Shown here: in pieces, positions 48,426 to 58,761 of the stretch
Layout of the letters: every line of letters starts with the position of its first letter
Position numbering within the stretch: position 1 is the first letter of the stretch
Virus record (IMG/VR): IMGVR_UViG_3300037294_000399
Location: 1 to 64,000 of that record
Origin: a virus
Direction: 5' to 3' (one strand)
Length of the DNA: 64,000 bases
Program-made: the position numbers and the translations under genes
The notes under the pieces: model-generated
Databases searched by the model: none
Seen by the model: the letters and a program-made list of their open reading frames with translations, nothing else
What the model was told of the DNA's origin: nothing

Positions 48426-49153
48426 TGAAAAAGAAAGTAGTTATATTTACAGGTGCTGGAATAAGCAAAGAATCTGGTGTTGATACATTCAGAGATTCGG
48501 TAGATGGCCTTTGGGAAAACCATAAGATTGAAGAAGTTTGTACTCTTGATGGTTGGAGAAAAGACCGTGAGAAAGTACTTAACTTTTACAATGACCGCAG
48601 AAGACAAATGCCAAGTGTTGAACCTAACAATGCACATAAAGCATTGGCTAGGTTAGAAGAAGACTTTGATGTAACTATCGTTACACAAAATGTTGATGAT
48701 TTGCACGAAAGAGGTGGGTCCACTAACATCATTCACTTGCATGGTGAGTTAACTAAAGCTAGGAGTTCTTATTTAACTGGTAATCTTTTAAAAGTTAAGT
48801 TAGATTCTATTGACATTGGTTATTCTGATATTAATATTGGTGATAAATGCGAGAAGTATGGTGCACAATTAAGACCACACATTGTATGGTTTGGTGAATA
48901 TCCTTTTGATATAAATAAAGCTTATGATGCTTTTTTAACAGCTGATATTGTAATAATTGTTGGAACTAGTTTACAAATTGGTTATACCTTAAGTTTTTTT
49001 GATAACCTACCGAAAGGTTTTAACGTAATATACATTGACCCTAACCCTAGTCATGATTTAGACACACTTGATTTAAACATTGAGTACGTAGAGAAAAGTG
49101 CTGTTGAAGGGGTGACAGAAATTGTGGAAAGAATTATTAACGAACAAAATTAA
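48425..49153 (+). CDS. cobB: Sir2/CobB NAD-dependent deacylase
   Basis: TGAGISKESG..TFR, TQNVDDLHERGG, HLHG, RPHIVWFGE, VGTS. Confidence 0.92.
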   Translation: MKKKVVIFTGAGISKESGVDTFRDSVDGLWENHKIEEVCTLDGWRKDREKVLNFYNDRRRQMPSVEPNNAHKALARLEEDFDVTIVTQNVDDLHERGGSTNIIHLHGELTKARSSYLTGNLLKVKLDSIDIGYSDINIGDKCEKYGAQLRPHIVWFGEYPFDINKAYDAFLTADIVIIVGTSLQIGYTLSFFDNLPKGFNVIYIDPNPSHDLDTLDLNIEYVEKSAVEGVTEIVERIINEQN

Positions 49154-49157
49154 ATAT

Positions 49158-49505
49158 ATGCATTATTTTTTAGATGGTACAATTAAACAAATTGGAGAGA
49201 TACAGGAATTTGGTAACTTTAAAAAGAGAGAATTTGTTGTAAAAACAGAAGAACAATACCCAGAGATTGTTAAGTTAGAATTTATTAATGAAAACGTTGA
49301 AACGTTAGAAAGATTTAGCCTTAATGAAGTAGTAACAGTTGCTTTTGTGGTTAAAGGAAACGAACATAACGGTAAATTTTATAACAATTTAAGGGCAATA
49401 GCTATTTGTGAGTATATGGATAATAGAGTTGAGAAAGAACAAGCGAAAGCTAAAAAAGAAAATAAAAGGGTTCAAGCATTATTGGACGCTAAGGTAAAAA
49501 ATTAA
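49158..49505 (+). CDS. DUF3127 OB-fold protein (Bacteroidota)
   Basis: FKKREFVV..EQYPE...GNEHNGKFYNNL. Confidence 0.75.
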   Translation: MHYFLDGTIKQIGEIQEFGNFKKREFVVKTEEQYPEIVKLEFINENVETLERFSLNEVVTVAFVVKGNEHNGKFYNNLRAIAICEYMDNRVEKEQAKAKKENKRVQALLDAKVKN

Positions 49506-49509
49506 TAAA

Positions 49510-49878
49510 ATGTCAGTACTAAAATTAGAACTAAAAAAAGAACACGTAACATTGTTATCAAAATTACGTTGGTCGATGAAAGATAACATTATTTCTGGTG
49601 TTAAACATGATGGTGAAGAATATATGCCACCATTTAATGGTGATAGTCTTTACGAAGAGGTTGACCTTATATTGAATGGTATGCCAGCAGATTTTGACCC
49701 ATTTACTACAGAAGAACCTAGAGAATATTCAGAGGAACAAAAAGCCGAATGGGATAAATTATATTCTGAATTACCGATGGCTTTAGATATCATATTACAC
49801 AACAATAGTTTTGAGTTGGGAACGTATAAAACAAAATTTCATGACCGAATGTGGAAAAAAATAAATAATATTTTGTAA
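49510..49878 (+). CDS. Hypothetical protein
   Basis: 122 aa ORF. Confidence 0.65.
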   Translation: MSVLKLELKKEHVTLLSKLRWSMKDNIISGVKHDGEEYMPPFNGDSLYEEVDLILNGMPADFDPFTTEEPREYSEEQKAEWDKLYSELPMALDIILHNNSFELGTYKTKFHDRMWKKINNIL

Positions 49879-49918
49879 ATTAAATTAATGGTTGTGCCTT
49901 TGTTAAAAATATGCCAAT

Positions 49919-50122
49919 ATGATAGAATCAGTTGATTATTTTGGTGGTACAAGTGGTTTAAAAGAACAACAGAAGAAAGATAAAATAAAAAAAGATTACT
50001 GTGACAATAATAAAATAAAGTTAATAATAATAAAATACAATGAAAAAACAGATAATTTATTAACTAAAATAAATAAAATAAATAAAATAAATAAAATTTT
50101 AAAAAATAATGGTAAAAATTAA
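49919..50122 (+). pseudogene. C-terminal remnant of a Vsr-like HEG
   Basis: FGG..GLKEQQKKDKIKKDYC...IIIKY matches the ends of 44434 and 51704 ORFs. Confidence 0.7.
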
Positions 50123-51722
50123 ATTTAAAGATTTAACTGAAATTGAAATTGAGAAATTTAGGTTAGAATATGTTAATAGGTTAGAAAATAATTTAACAGT
50201 TGAGAAATTAGCAATTAAAATTAGTAATGACTTAGGGTTATCGGAAAGAACCGTTAGAAAATGGTTTAAAAAATTAAACTTCAAAGAAAAAGTTGAAATT
50301 GAACCAGAACAGTATGTAAAAGCCAAAACAAGAGTCCATGACGGGACTAAAAAACGTTTTATAATAAGTTGGGCCCAGAACAATACACCTGTTCATACTG
50401 GTTTGATGAAAAACTTAGAAGCTTATGGTGAATTTATCGATGCTGATATCCATATCATAGCTGGTAGGTATAGAAACCCTACTAGTATGTGGACAAATCA
50501 ACAAGAAGAATCAGAATTTTGGGTTTCAGAGGTATTACCATACTTAGACGCTAATAGACATGACATACATAAGTATGTGTCTATTATGTCAGATATTAAG
50601 ATTCAACCAACTGCTGTGAACCCAATGACTGGGTTACAAGCGTTGAGTGGTATTAATTCTTGTGTGTTTGGTAGTCCAAAGGTTCAATTAGAAATGATTC
50701 CAGTATTAGAAGGTAACAACCCTAAAATGATGACTACTACTGGTGCGGTAACTAAAAAGAATTATACTGATTCTAAAGCTGGTAAAACTGGTGACTTCCA
50801 TCATACATTTGGTTTTGTTATCGTTGAGATTAAAGATGATAATACTTTTTTCCTAAGACAGGTAACTGCTGATGACAAAACAGGTAACTTTACTGATTTA
50901 TATTATCGAGTTGAAAAAGGTGAAGTAAGTGAAGTAACTAAATTTGCTGCGGCTATCTTAGGTGATATTCACTACGGACATCATGACCAAGAAGTTTTAG
51001 ATACAACGCTTAGTTTATTTGAACGAGTAAAACCACAGCACGTTATATTACATGACGTATTTGATGGTTCTTCAATTAGTCATCATGAGATGAAAGACCC
51101 TTTCATTCAATACGGTAAAGAAATATCTGGCACCAACGACTTAGGTAAAGAGGTTGATTTTATGTTGGAATCTTTAAAGTCGTTTGAAAAGTTTGATAAT
51201 GTGGTTATTGTTAGAAGTAATCATGATGATTTCTTAGACCGTTGGCTTAAGAATGAAGATTGGAAGAAACAACCAACATACAAAAATTCTAGGCTTTATA
51301 TGAAAATGTCTGATATGTTATTAGAACAATATGCTAATGACCCATACAACGTAAAAGGTGTAATCCCAAGTATCATCAATCAGAAGTTTCCTAAGTTTAT
51401 CACACTAGGTCGAAGTGCTTCTTATCGAGTTAAAGATTGGGAACTGGGTCAACATGGTGATATTGGTTCAAATGGTAGTCGAGGTTCATTATTACAATTC
51501 AGAAAATTAAACACTAAGATTGTTGTTGGACATTACCACTCGCCTGGTCGTAAGGACGGAGCGTTAGCCGTAGGTACATCAACAAAATTAAGGGTAGGTT
51601 ATAACAGAGGTGCGAGTTCATGGTTACAATCACATGTTATCATCCACACAGATGGTCGAGCCCAACACATAAATTTTATGCTAGATAAAGACGGTAACTT
51701 GGGTTATACTACTTTTGAATAA
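50109..51722 (+). CDS. HTH plus metallophosphoesterase protein
   Basis: LSERTVRKW; GDIH, HD, SNHD, QHG, GHYHS. Confidence 0.8.
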   Translation: MVKIKFKDLTEIEIEKFRLEYVNRLENNLTVEKLAIKISNDLGLSERTVRKWFKKLNFKEKVEIEPEQYVKAKTRVHDGTKKRFIISWAQNNTPVHTGLMKNLEAYGEFIDADIHIIAGRYRNPTSMWTNQQEESEFWVSEVLPYLDANRHDIHKYVSIMSDIKIQPTAVNPMTGLQALSGINSCVFGSPKVQLEMIPVLEGNNPKMMTTTGAVTKKNYTDSKAGKTGDFHHTFGFVIVEIKDDNTFFLRQVTADDKTGNFTDLYYRVEKGEVSEVTKFAAAILGDIHYGHHDQEVLDTTLSLFERVKPQHVILHDVFDGSSISHHEMKDPFIQYGKEISGTNDLGKEVDFMLESLKSFEKFDNVVIVRSNHDDFLDRWLKNEDWKKQPTYKNSRLYMKMSDMLLEQYANDPYNVKGVIPSIINQKFPKFITLGRSASYRVKDWELGQHGDIGSNGSRGSLLQFRKLNTKIVVGHYHSPGRKDGALAVGTSTKLRVGYNRGASSWLQSHVIIHTDGRAQHINFMLDKDGNLGYTTFE

Positions 51723-52292
51723 GTTAATTTATCACCAACATTGTCATTATATTTAATAATAATAAGTGGAATATTGTTTAGTAAACAATATTCCCTTTTT
51801 ATTTTATCATTAATTTTCCTAGAATTAAACCCTTGAACCCCACCAAAATGTTCAACTACTTTATAATGTTGAATCCCGTTAAATTCAATACAAATATTAA
51901 AATCTGGTAAATAGAAATCAAAAGGTAATTTTAATTTATTTTTACAATTATTAAATTTATATTGTGGTAAATAATTGATATTAAATGACTCTAAAAAAAA
52001 CTCTAATTTTTTTTTCACCTAGTGATTCATTACAAGTTGGGCAACCATTACCATTCTTATGATTATTTGGTGTTTGGTTAAAAACCCCGTGTTTTAAACA
52101 TTTTATAATTATTTTTTTATGGGCTGAAACATAAATAACTTTAGAATAATCATATGTTTCACCATGTATTTTTTTAAAATCGTTAATTAATTTTAAGATT
52201 GTTGGTTTTTCTAACCCAGCACATTGTTTACAACCTTGGCCATTTTTATGGTTATTAATTGTTTGTGTGAAATTACCACTTTTTTTTATCAT
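51704..52292 (-). pseudogene. Truncated, frameshifted DUF723/Vsr-like HEG
   Basis: Two overlapping frames joined at a homopolymer run near 52010. Confidence 0.75.
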
Positions 52293-52331
52293 TTACTTGC
52301 ATAATTTAAAATATAGTAGTACCTTTGTAAT

Positions 52332-52763
52332 ATGAAAAATACAATTGAAATCAACGTGGATTTTGACGGAACGTGTGTTACGCACGACTACCCAAGAGTT
52401 GGTCATGATATAGGTGCGATTACTGTTTTAAAAAAATTAGTTGAGAATGGTCATAGACTTATTCTTTTTACTATGAGAAGTGATGGTAGCGGTTTTGAAA
52501 GACTTGACGGTACTGTTGATAACCATGGTTTAAGCGATGCAATAAATTGGTTTAAAGAAAATGAAATACCTTTGTATGGTATTCAAACGAATCCAACTCA
52601 GTTGAATTGGACGACATCACCTAAAAGCTATGCTCCGTTAATGATTGACGATAGTGCTTTAGGTTGCCCTTTGAAAATGGACCTTAGTGTTTCACCAAGA
52701 CCATTTGTTGATTGGGTTAAAGTAGAAGAAATATTAACTGAAATGGGTTTAATAAATGTATAA
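52332..52763 (+). CDS. HAD-family phosphatase (BT0820-like)
   Basis: VDFDGT, FTMR, K...IDD. Confidence 0.8.
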   Translation: MKNTIEINVDFDGTCVTHDYPRVGHDIGAITVLKKLVENGHRLILFTMRSDGSGFERLDGTVDNHGLSDAINWFKENEIPLYGIQTNPTQLNWTTSPKSYAPLMIDDSALGCPLKMDLSVSPRPFVDWVKVEEILTEMGLINV

Positions 52764-52921
52764 AGTATCAATAGCACATTTAAAAGCTTTTAAAGAAGCG
52801 TTACAAGAATCAAATAGGTTACTTAAAATTACGTTAGAAACTTTTGATGACGATGTAATTAAACGGGCCATTTACTCTAACGATAAACAAATTAAAATAA
52901 TTACTGAACAATTCCACATAG

Positions 52922-53254
52922 ATGAAACAAGAAATTAGCTTTGACGAATTTTTAGAAATCGAAAGCAAACTAGAAATTAAAGTTGGTCTAATCACAGAAG
53001 CGTCATCAATACCAAAAAGCTACGGTATTAAAATGATTGTTGATTTTGGTGATGGTGATATTAGAAGTGTTTTTACCAATTTAGGTAAAACATATAAACC
53101 AGAACAATTTATTAACTTCACAACAAATTTTGTAACTAATTTAACGCCTTTTGAAATTAAAGGAGTTTTAAGTCAAGCAATGATTTTACCACCAAAGAAT
53201 ATTTCTGGTGGTGAAGAATTTGGCGAGTTATTAGTTGGTACTAAAATAATTTAA
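52922..53254 (+). CDS. tRNA-binding OB-fold protein (CsaA/Trbp111-like)
   Basis: ISFDEF..LEIKVG, VDFG, NL.P..IKGVLSQAMIL. Confidence 0.8.
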   Translation: MKQEISFDEFLEIESKLEIKVGLITEASSIPKSYGIKMIVDFGDGDIRSVFTNLGKTYKPEQFINFTTNFVTNLTPFEIKGVLSQAMILPPKNISGGEEFGELLVGTKII

Positions 53255-53255
53255 A

Positions 53256-53711
53256 ATGGCAAAAACAATAGCAGCGGGTCTTTTTATCGTAAGAAAAAAT
53301 AAAAAGTTATTAGTAGCTCACCCAACAAATCACAAACCCGATTTTTGGAGTATTCCAAAAGGAAAAGTTGAGTTTAATGAAACATTCTTAGAAGGGGCTT
53401 TGCGTGAAACGTATGAAGAAACAAACCTAGAATTAACTGATTCTACCAATTTTGATATTTTTCCGATGTTAGGTGTTAATTACGGACATAAGAAAAAAAT
53501 TCTTTACCCATTTTTGTATTTGGAAAAAGAAGAATCGACATTTAATTGGGATGAACAAGAACTTAAATGTAATTCTAATGTTCCAGCTGAACGTGGTGGT
53601 TTTCCAGAAATGGACGATTATAAATGGGTTACTTTAGATGAAGCTAGAGGCTTATTGCATGAAACGCAAGTTGCCTGTATTGATAAAATTTTAGAAACAA
53701 TAAATAAATAA
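53256..53711 (+). CDS. Nudix hydrolase
   Basis: WSIPKG...GALRETYEET, FPEMD. Confidence 0.88.
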   Translation: MAKTIAAGLFIVRKNKKLLVAHPTNHKPDFWSIPKGKVEFNETFLEGALRETYEETNLELTDSTNFDIFPMLGVNYGHKKKILYPFLYLEKEESTFNWDEQELKCNSNVPAERGGFPEMDDYKWVTLDEARGLLHETQVACIDKILETINK

Positions 53712-53811
53712 ATAAAAAAAAATGGGTAAGGCGTTGCCATTAGGTGAGTCTGTGACCTCCGAAGCCCAACCCATCGGCTCTGCCGTGGGTTGGTAGTTCA
53801 CTTGGACATGT

Positions 53812-54144
53812 ATGCAGACTAACTCGAATCAAGCGACAGTAATTACTGGTATCAACTACGCATATGCTTATGATGGTTACGGTAGTGCAATGGTACCTAA
53901 ACCTAAAAAAGGTATTTCTGCTTTTGCTAAAAACATCATTGATAAAATACATGATGATAGTGAAGACAGTGAAGACAGTAATATGGTAAGCGAAGAGAGA
54001 GTAATGCCTTCTAAACCAATAAGAGTTAAATCAGTTGATAGAATTAGCCATTCTGATATTAGTGAAAGCTTTTTACGAAGTGATTCATTCATTGAATCAT
54101 ATAGTGGTTCAGAAGGAATTTCAGAAGGCCCTTCACAAGGATAA
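53812..54144 (+). CDS. Hypothetical Ser-rich ORF behind a GC-rich structured leader
   Basis: 110 aa ORF; start uncertain. Confidence 0.4.
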   Translation: MQTNSNQATVITGINYAYAYDGYGSAMVPKPKKGISAFAKNIIDKIHDDSEDSEDSNMVSEERVMPSKPIRVKSVDRISHSDISESFLRSDSFIESYSGSEGISEGPSQG

Positions 54145-54620
54145 AAACAAATAAATTTAAAGAGTATGTATAACAAAATAAGACATATTGGTGATGGAAA
54201 ATTCGAAGCAGTAATGCCAGACGGAGAAATCAAGTCTGTTGGTCCCAACATTAGTGGTATGATTCGTTATACATACTTTGAAGATTATACATTACCACCA
54301 ATTGGTTGGTCAGTTACACGAGAAAAATTGTTGAACGATTACCAAGAAAAGGTAATACCAGATATTATTGCTGGTAAAATAACACCAAATACTATGAATG
54401 GTTAAATGTTAATAAGAAAAAAGGTAGATTTAGGGGAATATATCATCGACATAGAATACGATGACGTAACTGGTGCAATTGAAGTGACCGTATTAGACGA
54501 ACTTGAAGGAGTAATTGAATCTATTACTATTAATAACACAGACGATTCTAGTGATGACGAAGATAATAATGATGATGTAGGTTTTAACGATTACACTATC
54601 AACTTGAATTAAAATGTTTC

Positions 54621-55082
54621 ATGGAAAAATCAAAAGAAATACAAGCACCAAATGATTTGACATTCGCTAAAAACAATAAATGTATTTTTTTGGCTGGGTC
54701 AATCGAAATGGGTAAAGCCGAGAATTGGCAAAAAAGAATAGTAGACGAGTTATCTGATAAAGGTTACACGTTTTTAAACCCAAGAAGAGATGACTGGGAC
54801 AGCTCATGGGAGCAAAAAATTGAGAATAAACAATTCAATGAACAAGTATCTTGGGAATTGAAAGCGTTAGAGATGGCAGACATCATTTTGATGTACTTTG
54901 ACCCTAACACGCAATCACCAATTTCATTGTTGGAATTGGGACTACACGCCAAAGATGGCAAACTAATCGTTTTATGTCCAGAAGGTTTCTGGAGAAAAGG
55001 CAACGTTGATATCGTATGTGAGAAATACGGGGTTAAACAGGTTGAATCGTTTGAAGAATTAATCAAAGCAATTAATGAGTAA
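54621..55082 (+). CDS. Nucleoside 2-deoxyribosyltransferase-like protein
   Basis: FLAGSI, WQ, NPRR, QVSWE, SPISLLELG. Confidence 0.85.
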   Translation: MEKSKEIQAPNDLTFAKNNKCIFLAGSIEMGKAENWQKRIVDELSDKGYTFLNPRRDDWDSSWEQKIENKQFNEQVSWELKALEMADIILMYFDPNTQSPISLLELGLHAKDGKLIVLCPEGFWRKGNVDIVCEKYGVKQVESFEELIKAINE

Positions 55083-55569
55083 AAAAAGAAGAGAACATAA
55101 ACTTAATTCAGAGATAACAGCAAGTGAATTGCGTATTACTGATGAGGGAATAATGGCATTAGCTGATGCCATTAAATTAGCCAAATCAAAAGAACTTGAT
55201 TTGGTTATGATTAACGAAAAAGCGCAACCACCTGTTTGTCGTATAATGAATTATGAAAAGTTTATATACGAACAAAGTAAAAAACCTAAGAATAAAACAC
55301 TTGACATGAAAGAAATCAAACTAGGACCTAATACGTCTGAGAATGATTTGAACTACAGAATCAAACACATGGTTGAGTTTTTACAAAAAGGTCATAGGGT
55401 TAAAATTAGTCTTCAATTTAGGGGTCGACAAATGCAACATATTGACATTGGTCAAGAACAAATTCTTAAGATGATACTTGCTGTTGAACAATATGGTAGT
55501 CCAGAGGCTATGCCTAAGTTAGAAGGTAAAAAAATGTTCGCCACGATTAAACCAAAACCGTCTAAATAA
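55075..55569 (+). CDS. infC: Translation initiation factor IF-3
   Basis: LDLV...PPVCRIMNYEKF, KEIKLGP, FRGRQ. Confidence 0.92.
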   Translation: MSKKRREHKLNSEITASELRITDEGIMALADAIKLAKSKELDLVMINEKAQPPVCRIMNYEKFIYEQSKKPKNKTLDMKEIKLGPNTSENDLNYRIKHMVEFLQKGHRVKISLQFRGRQMQHIDIGQEQILKMILAVEQYGSPEAMPKLEGKKMFATIKPKPSK

Positions 55570-55708
55570 CTTTTACTAGTCTTAGGGTTATATGTAATGT
55601 TGTATATTAGTTTTTTTAATATCTCGATTAATTTTTTCTTTATTATTCTCACGCCAAAGTTTAGAACGTTCTCTAGCTAAAATTTTATTTTCTTCTGGTG
55701 TCATATCA

Positions 55709-55846
55709 TTACAAATTTTTAATTAGGTCCTCAATAAATTTAGATTTATTATTTGTTAATTTTTCTAATTTTAAATTAGTTTCATTAGATAAAGTAATAC
55801 TAACTTTTACTTTTTTATCTTCTTTTGGTAATTTAGGTCGTGCCAT
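55709..55846 (-). CDS. Small ribbon-helix-helix-like protein
   Basis: MARPK...KVSITLS...NKSKFIEDLI. Confidence 0.55.
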   Translation of the reverse strand: MARPKLPKEDKKVKVSITLSNETNLKLEKLTNNKSKFIEDLIKNL

Positions 55847-55945
55847 ATTTTATTCTTTGTTAATAAATATCACGAAAAAATAAAAAAAGTAGCATTTAAA
55901 CAAGATTTTTATTTACTTATAATAAAAATGAGTTAAAATTAACTC

Positions 55946-56401
55946 ATGGAAAAATTCATATACACTTACTTATCGGAAAATTATTATATACAAACTAGTG
56001 ATGTTGGGAACCAAGGTATCTATCAAAGGTATGATGACTTAAGAATCCCAATTCCATTCAATGGTGATAGGCTTGTAAAAGATATCACAACCGTTTTTGG
56101 TGTTACTAAAGTTGAAGCCAAAGGTTACATAAGTGGATGGGCACAAGTTGTCGAACCTAATATTAATTTAGATTTTTATTGGAAAATTGCTGAAGTATTT
56201 GGTAACCTTGTGTTTCCAGTAATTCAAAACATTGCCGCAAGTACAATTTCACGAGATTTAATTAGCGTTCAATCAATGTCAGCACCAACGGGTGAGTTGT
56301 ATTACATAGATTATGTTTACTCAAACAAAAATATATTTGAAAAGGTTATTAAATTTTTACAAAATATTTATAAACGAATATTTGGAATATTCAAAAATTA
56401 A
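55946..56401 (+). CDS. Small protein containing a gp23-type major capsid fragment
   Basis: FPVIQNIAASTISRDLISVQSMSAPTGELYYIDY. Confidence 0.6.
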   Translation: MEKFIYTYLSENYYIQTSDVGNQGIYQRYDDLRIPIPFNGDRLVKDITTVFGVTKVEAKGYISGWAQVVEPNINLDFYWKIAEVFGNLVFPVIQNIAASTISRDLISVQSMSAPTGELYYIDYVYSNKNIFEKVIKFLQNIYKRIFGIFKN

Positions 56402-56428
56402 GATTACCTTTGTAAAAGAAAAAAAAGA

Positions 56429-56932
56429 ATGAAATTTGATATATTAAAAACAAGACGGGGGAAACTTTCAGAAAAACTAAATAATGAGATTCAAAAACCC
56501 AAACCAAACATTGAAAATGTTTTAAGAATCATAGATGATTATGAAAAAAATAACTTGGAAACTATAGATAAATTAAAGAAAGAAAAGTTATTTGAAACAA
56601 AAAGAATAAGTGGTGCGCTTAAACAAACAATAAATGCACATTCAAATATAACAAAAGAATTAATTGGGAGTGCAACTAAAAGAATAATGGGTGCGTTAAA
56701 ATCAAATGATTTAACTCAATCCCAAAAAATTTGTAAAAAAATTAGTAGTATTTATCATACTTTTATAAATATAATTATATTTATAATTAAACTAGAGTTT
56801 ATGAAAACAAATAAAGATAAAATATCTGTAACTATTTCAAATAAAAATAATGAGTTATTAAATAACTTATCTATTAATAAATCTAAATTAATAGATAAGT
56901 TATTAGATAATTATTTCAAAAAGATTGATTAA
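56429..56932 (+). CDS. Hypothetical protein read through into an RHH-like ORF
   Basis: Internal MKTNKDKISVTIS...INKSKLIDKLL from 56801. Confidence 0.6.
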   Translation: MKFDILKTRRGKLSEKLNNEIQKPKPNIENVLRIIDDYEKNNLETIDKLKKEKLFETKRISGALKQTINAHSNITKELIGSATKRIMGALKSNDLTQSQKICKKISSIYHTFINIIIFIIKLEFMKTNKDKISVTISNKNNELLNNLSINKSKLIDKLLDNYFKKID

Positions 56933-56934
56933 TT

Positions 56935-57720
56935 ATGGGTTGTATTATTGAAAATATATCAATAGAAAATAACTATAACGTTATTTATGGTTTGTTAGAA
57001 CCAAACACACATGAGATTAAATATATTGGTAAAACAATTAATTTAAAAGAAAGAGTTAGGAAACATTTACAACCGTCAAAATTGGTTAAAAAGAATTATA
57101 AAAACAATTGGTTAAATAAATTAATTAAAAATAACGAGAGACCAATTGTTGTTGTTCTAGAAAATTGTTCAAGTGAAGAAAACTTAAATGATGCAGAGAT
57201 TAAATGGATTTCTCACTACTTGGATATAGGTTGTAGTTTAACAAATGCAACTATAGGTGGTGATGGTGGTAAAATGTTACCCGAATCGATTACCAAAATG
57301 AAGATGACCAAAAAAGAAAACCCTCAAACACCGTACTGGTTAAATAAAGTTTTTAGTGAAACACATCGAAATAATATATCGTGTGGGAAAAAAGGTTATA
57401 CACCAACAATTGAAACTCGTAATAAATTGTCAGAATCACACAAGGGTTTAAATATTTGGAGTAAGGGTAAACAATTAAGTTTAGAAATTAAAGAAAAAAT
57501 GAGTATGAGTAAGTCTGGTAAACCAAAAAATTTAACTCCAGTTTATCAATTATCATTAAATAACGAAATAATAAAGGAATGGGGTAACCCATACGAAGCC
57601 GAGCAATTTCTATCAATAAGTCGAGGAAAAATAAATTCTGTTTGTAATGGAAAAAGAAAAACGACTGGTGGTTTTAAATGGGTTTATATCAAAGACTATA
57701 AGGATGGCGATGAAAATTAA
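56935..57720 (+). CDS. GIY-YIG homing endonuclease
   Basis: VIYGL...KYIGKT, LTNATIGGDG, NUMOD1-like C-terminus. Confidence 0.88.
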   Translation: MGCIIENISIENNYNVIYGLLEPNTHEIKYIGKTINLKERVRKHLQPSKLVKKNYKNNWLNKLIKNNERPIVVVLENCSSEENLNDAEIKWISHYLDIGCSLTNATIGGDGGKMLPESITKMKMTKKENPQTPYWLNKVFSETHRNNISCGKKGYTPTIETRNKLSESHKGLNIWSKGKQLSLEIKEKMSMSKSGKPKNLTPVYQLSLNNEIIKEWGNPYEAEQFLSISRGKINSVCNGKRKTTGGFKWVYIKDYKDGDEN

Positions 57721-57736
57721 AATAAAAAAAATAATA

Positions 57737-57901
57737 CCAATAACTTCAGTGTTGATTGGTTCAGCAACAAAAAGAATACATGGTGCTCTTTTAAGTAATG
57801 GTTCAAAACATAATCACTATCTAAGGGTTCACAAAGCAACATTAATGCTAATAACAATGGTTTTAATAGTGGCAAGTGTATTTGTGGTATTAATAAAATA
57901 A
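57737..57901 (+). pseudogene. Orphaned alternative C-terminus of the 56429 gene
   Basis: ITSVLIGSATKRIHGALLSN parallels ITKELIGSATKRIMGALKSN. Confidence 0.8.
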
Positions 57902-57914
57902 AGTTTTAAATTAA

Positions 57915-58757
57915 ATGACAAAATTAACAGCTATCTTTAAAGAAAATTGGGGTTCAATATTATTTTCATATTTCCTTTTTTCGATGCAATCCATTTTTAT
58001 ATTGATTTACCCAAAAGTTTTAGGTGAATCAATTGACCACTTGATAGCTAAAGATTATTCTTTTATGTTTTATCTGGTTTTAACTTTTTTTGGTATGATG
58101 ATTTTTAATTATTTTAGTAGAGTTTATGATACTATAGTTTTCTCTAGAATATATAGACGTTTTGCTTCTATTGAAACTAGTAAACAGTTTGATAATAATA
58201 TTGAAACAACTAAAATTAATGGTAGATTAACATTAATGTCTAGTATTGTTAACTTTTTTGAACGAGATATGGTTAGTATACTTAACGCTGCTTTTGGTCT
58301 AATTGGTTCAATTTATTTTATATCTTTAGTTGACGCAACATTAGTACCTTATTTAATTTTTAGTGGTGTATTAACGTTAATAATTAGTTATTATTTTTCA
58401 CCAAAAATAGCGTTAATAACTAAAGATTCGAATGATATATCTGAAGAACAAACTGACATCATCAACCAACGAAAAATATCATTAGTAAATAATTTGTTAA
58501 GAAGAAAACAATCATTATCTGTTAAATTGTCTAATCTAGATGCTAAATTCTTTTTTCTTATTCAATTTATTGCTTATGGAACAGTGACAGCTCTATTAAC
58601 ATATTATGTAGTATTCAATAATGTAAGTGTGGGTAGCGTATTCTCAACTTATAGGTATCTTTTTGACTTTGTGGTTTCTGTGTCGATACTACCACACATA
58701 ATAATATCATTTATTAACATTAAAGACGTAATTAAACGTTTAGAAACAGAAAATTAG
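57915..58757 (+). CDS. ABC-transporter transmembrane-domain-only protein
   Basis: About six TM helices; RVYDTIVFSRIY, FFE. Confidence 0.7.
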   Translation: MTKLTAIFKENWGSILFSYFLFSMQSIFILIYPKVLGESIDHLIAKDYSFMFYLVLTFFGMMIFNYFSRVYDTIVFSRIYRRFASIETSKQFDNNIETTKINGRLTLMSSIVNFFERDMVSILNAAFGLIGSIYFISLVDATLVPYLIFSGVLTLIISYYFSPKIALITKDSNDISEEQTDIINQRKISLVNNLLRRKQSLSVKLSNLDAKFFFLIQFIAYGTVTALLTYYVVFNNVSVGSVFSTYRYLFDFVVSVSILPHIIISFINIKDVIKRLETEN

Positions 58758-58761
58758 AATT

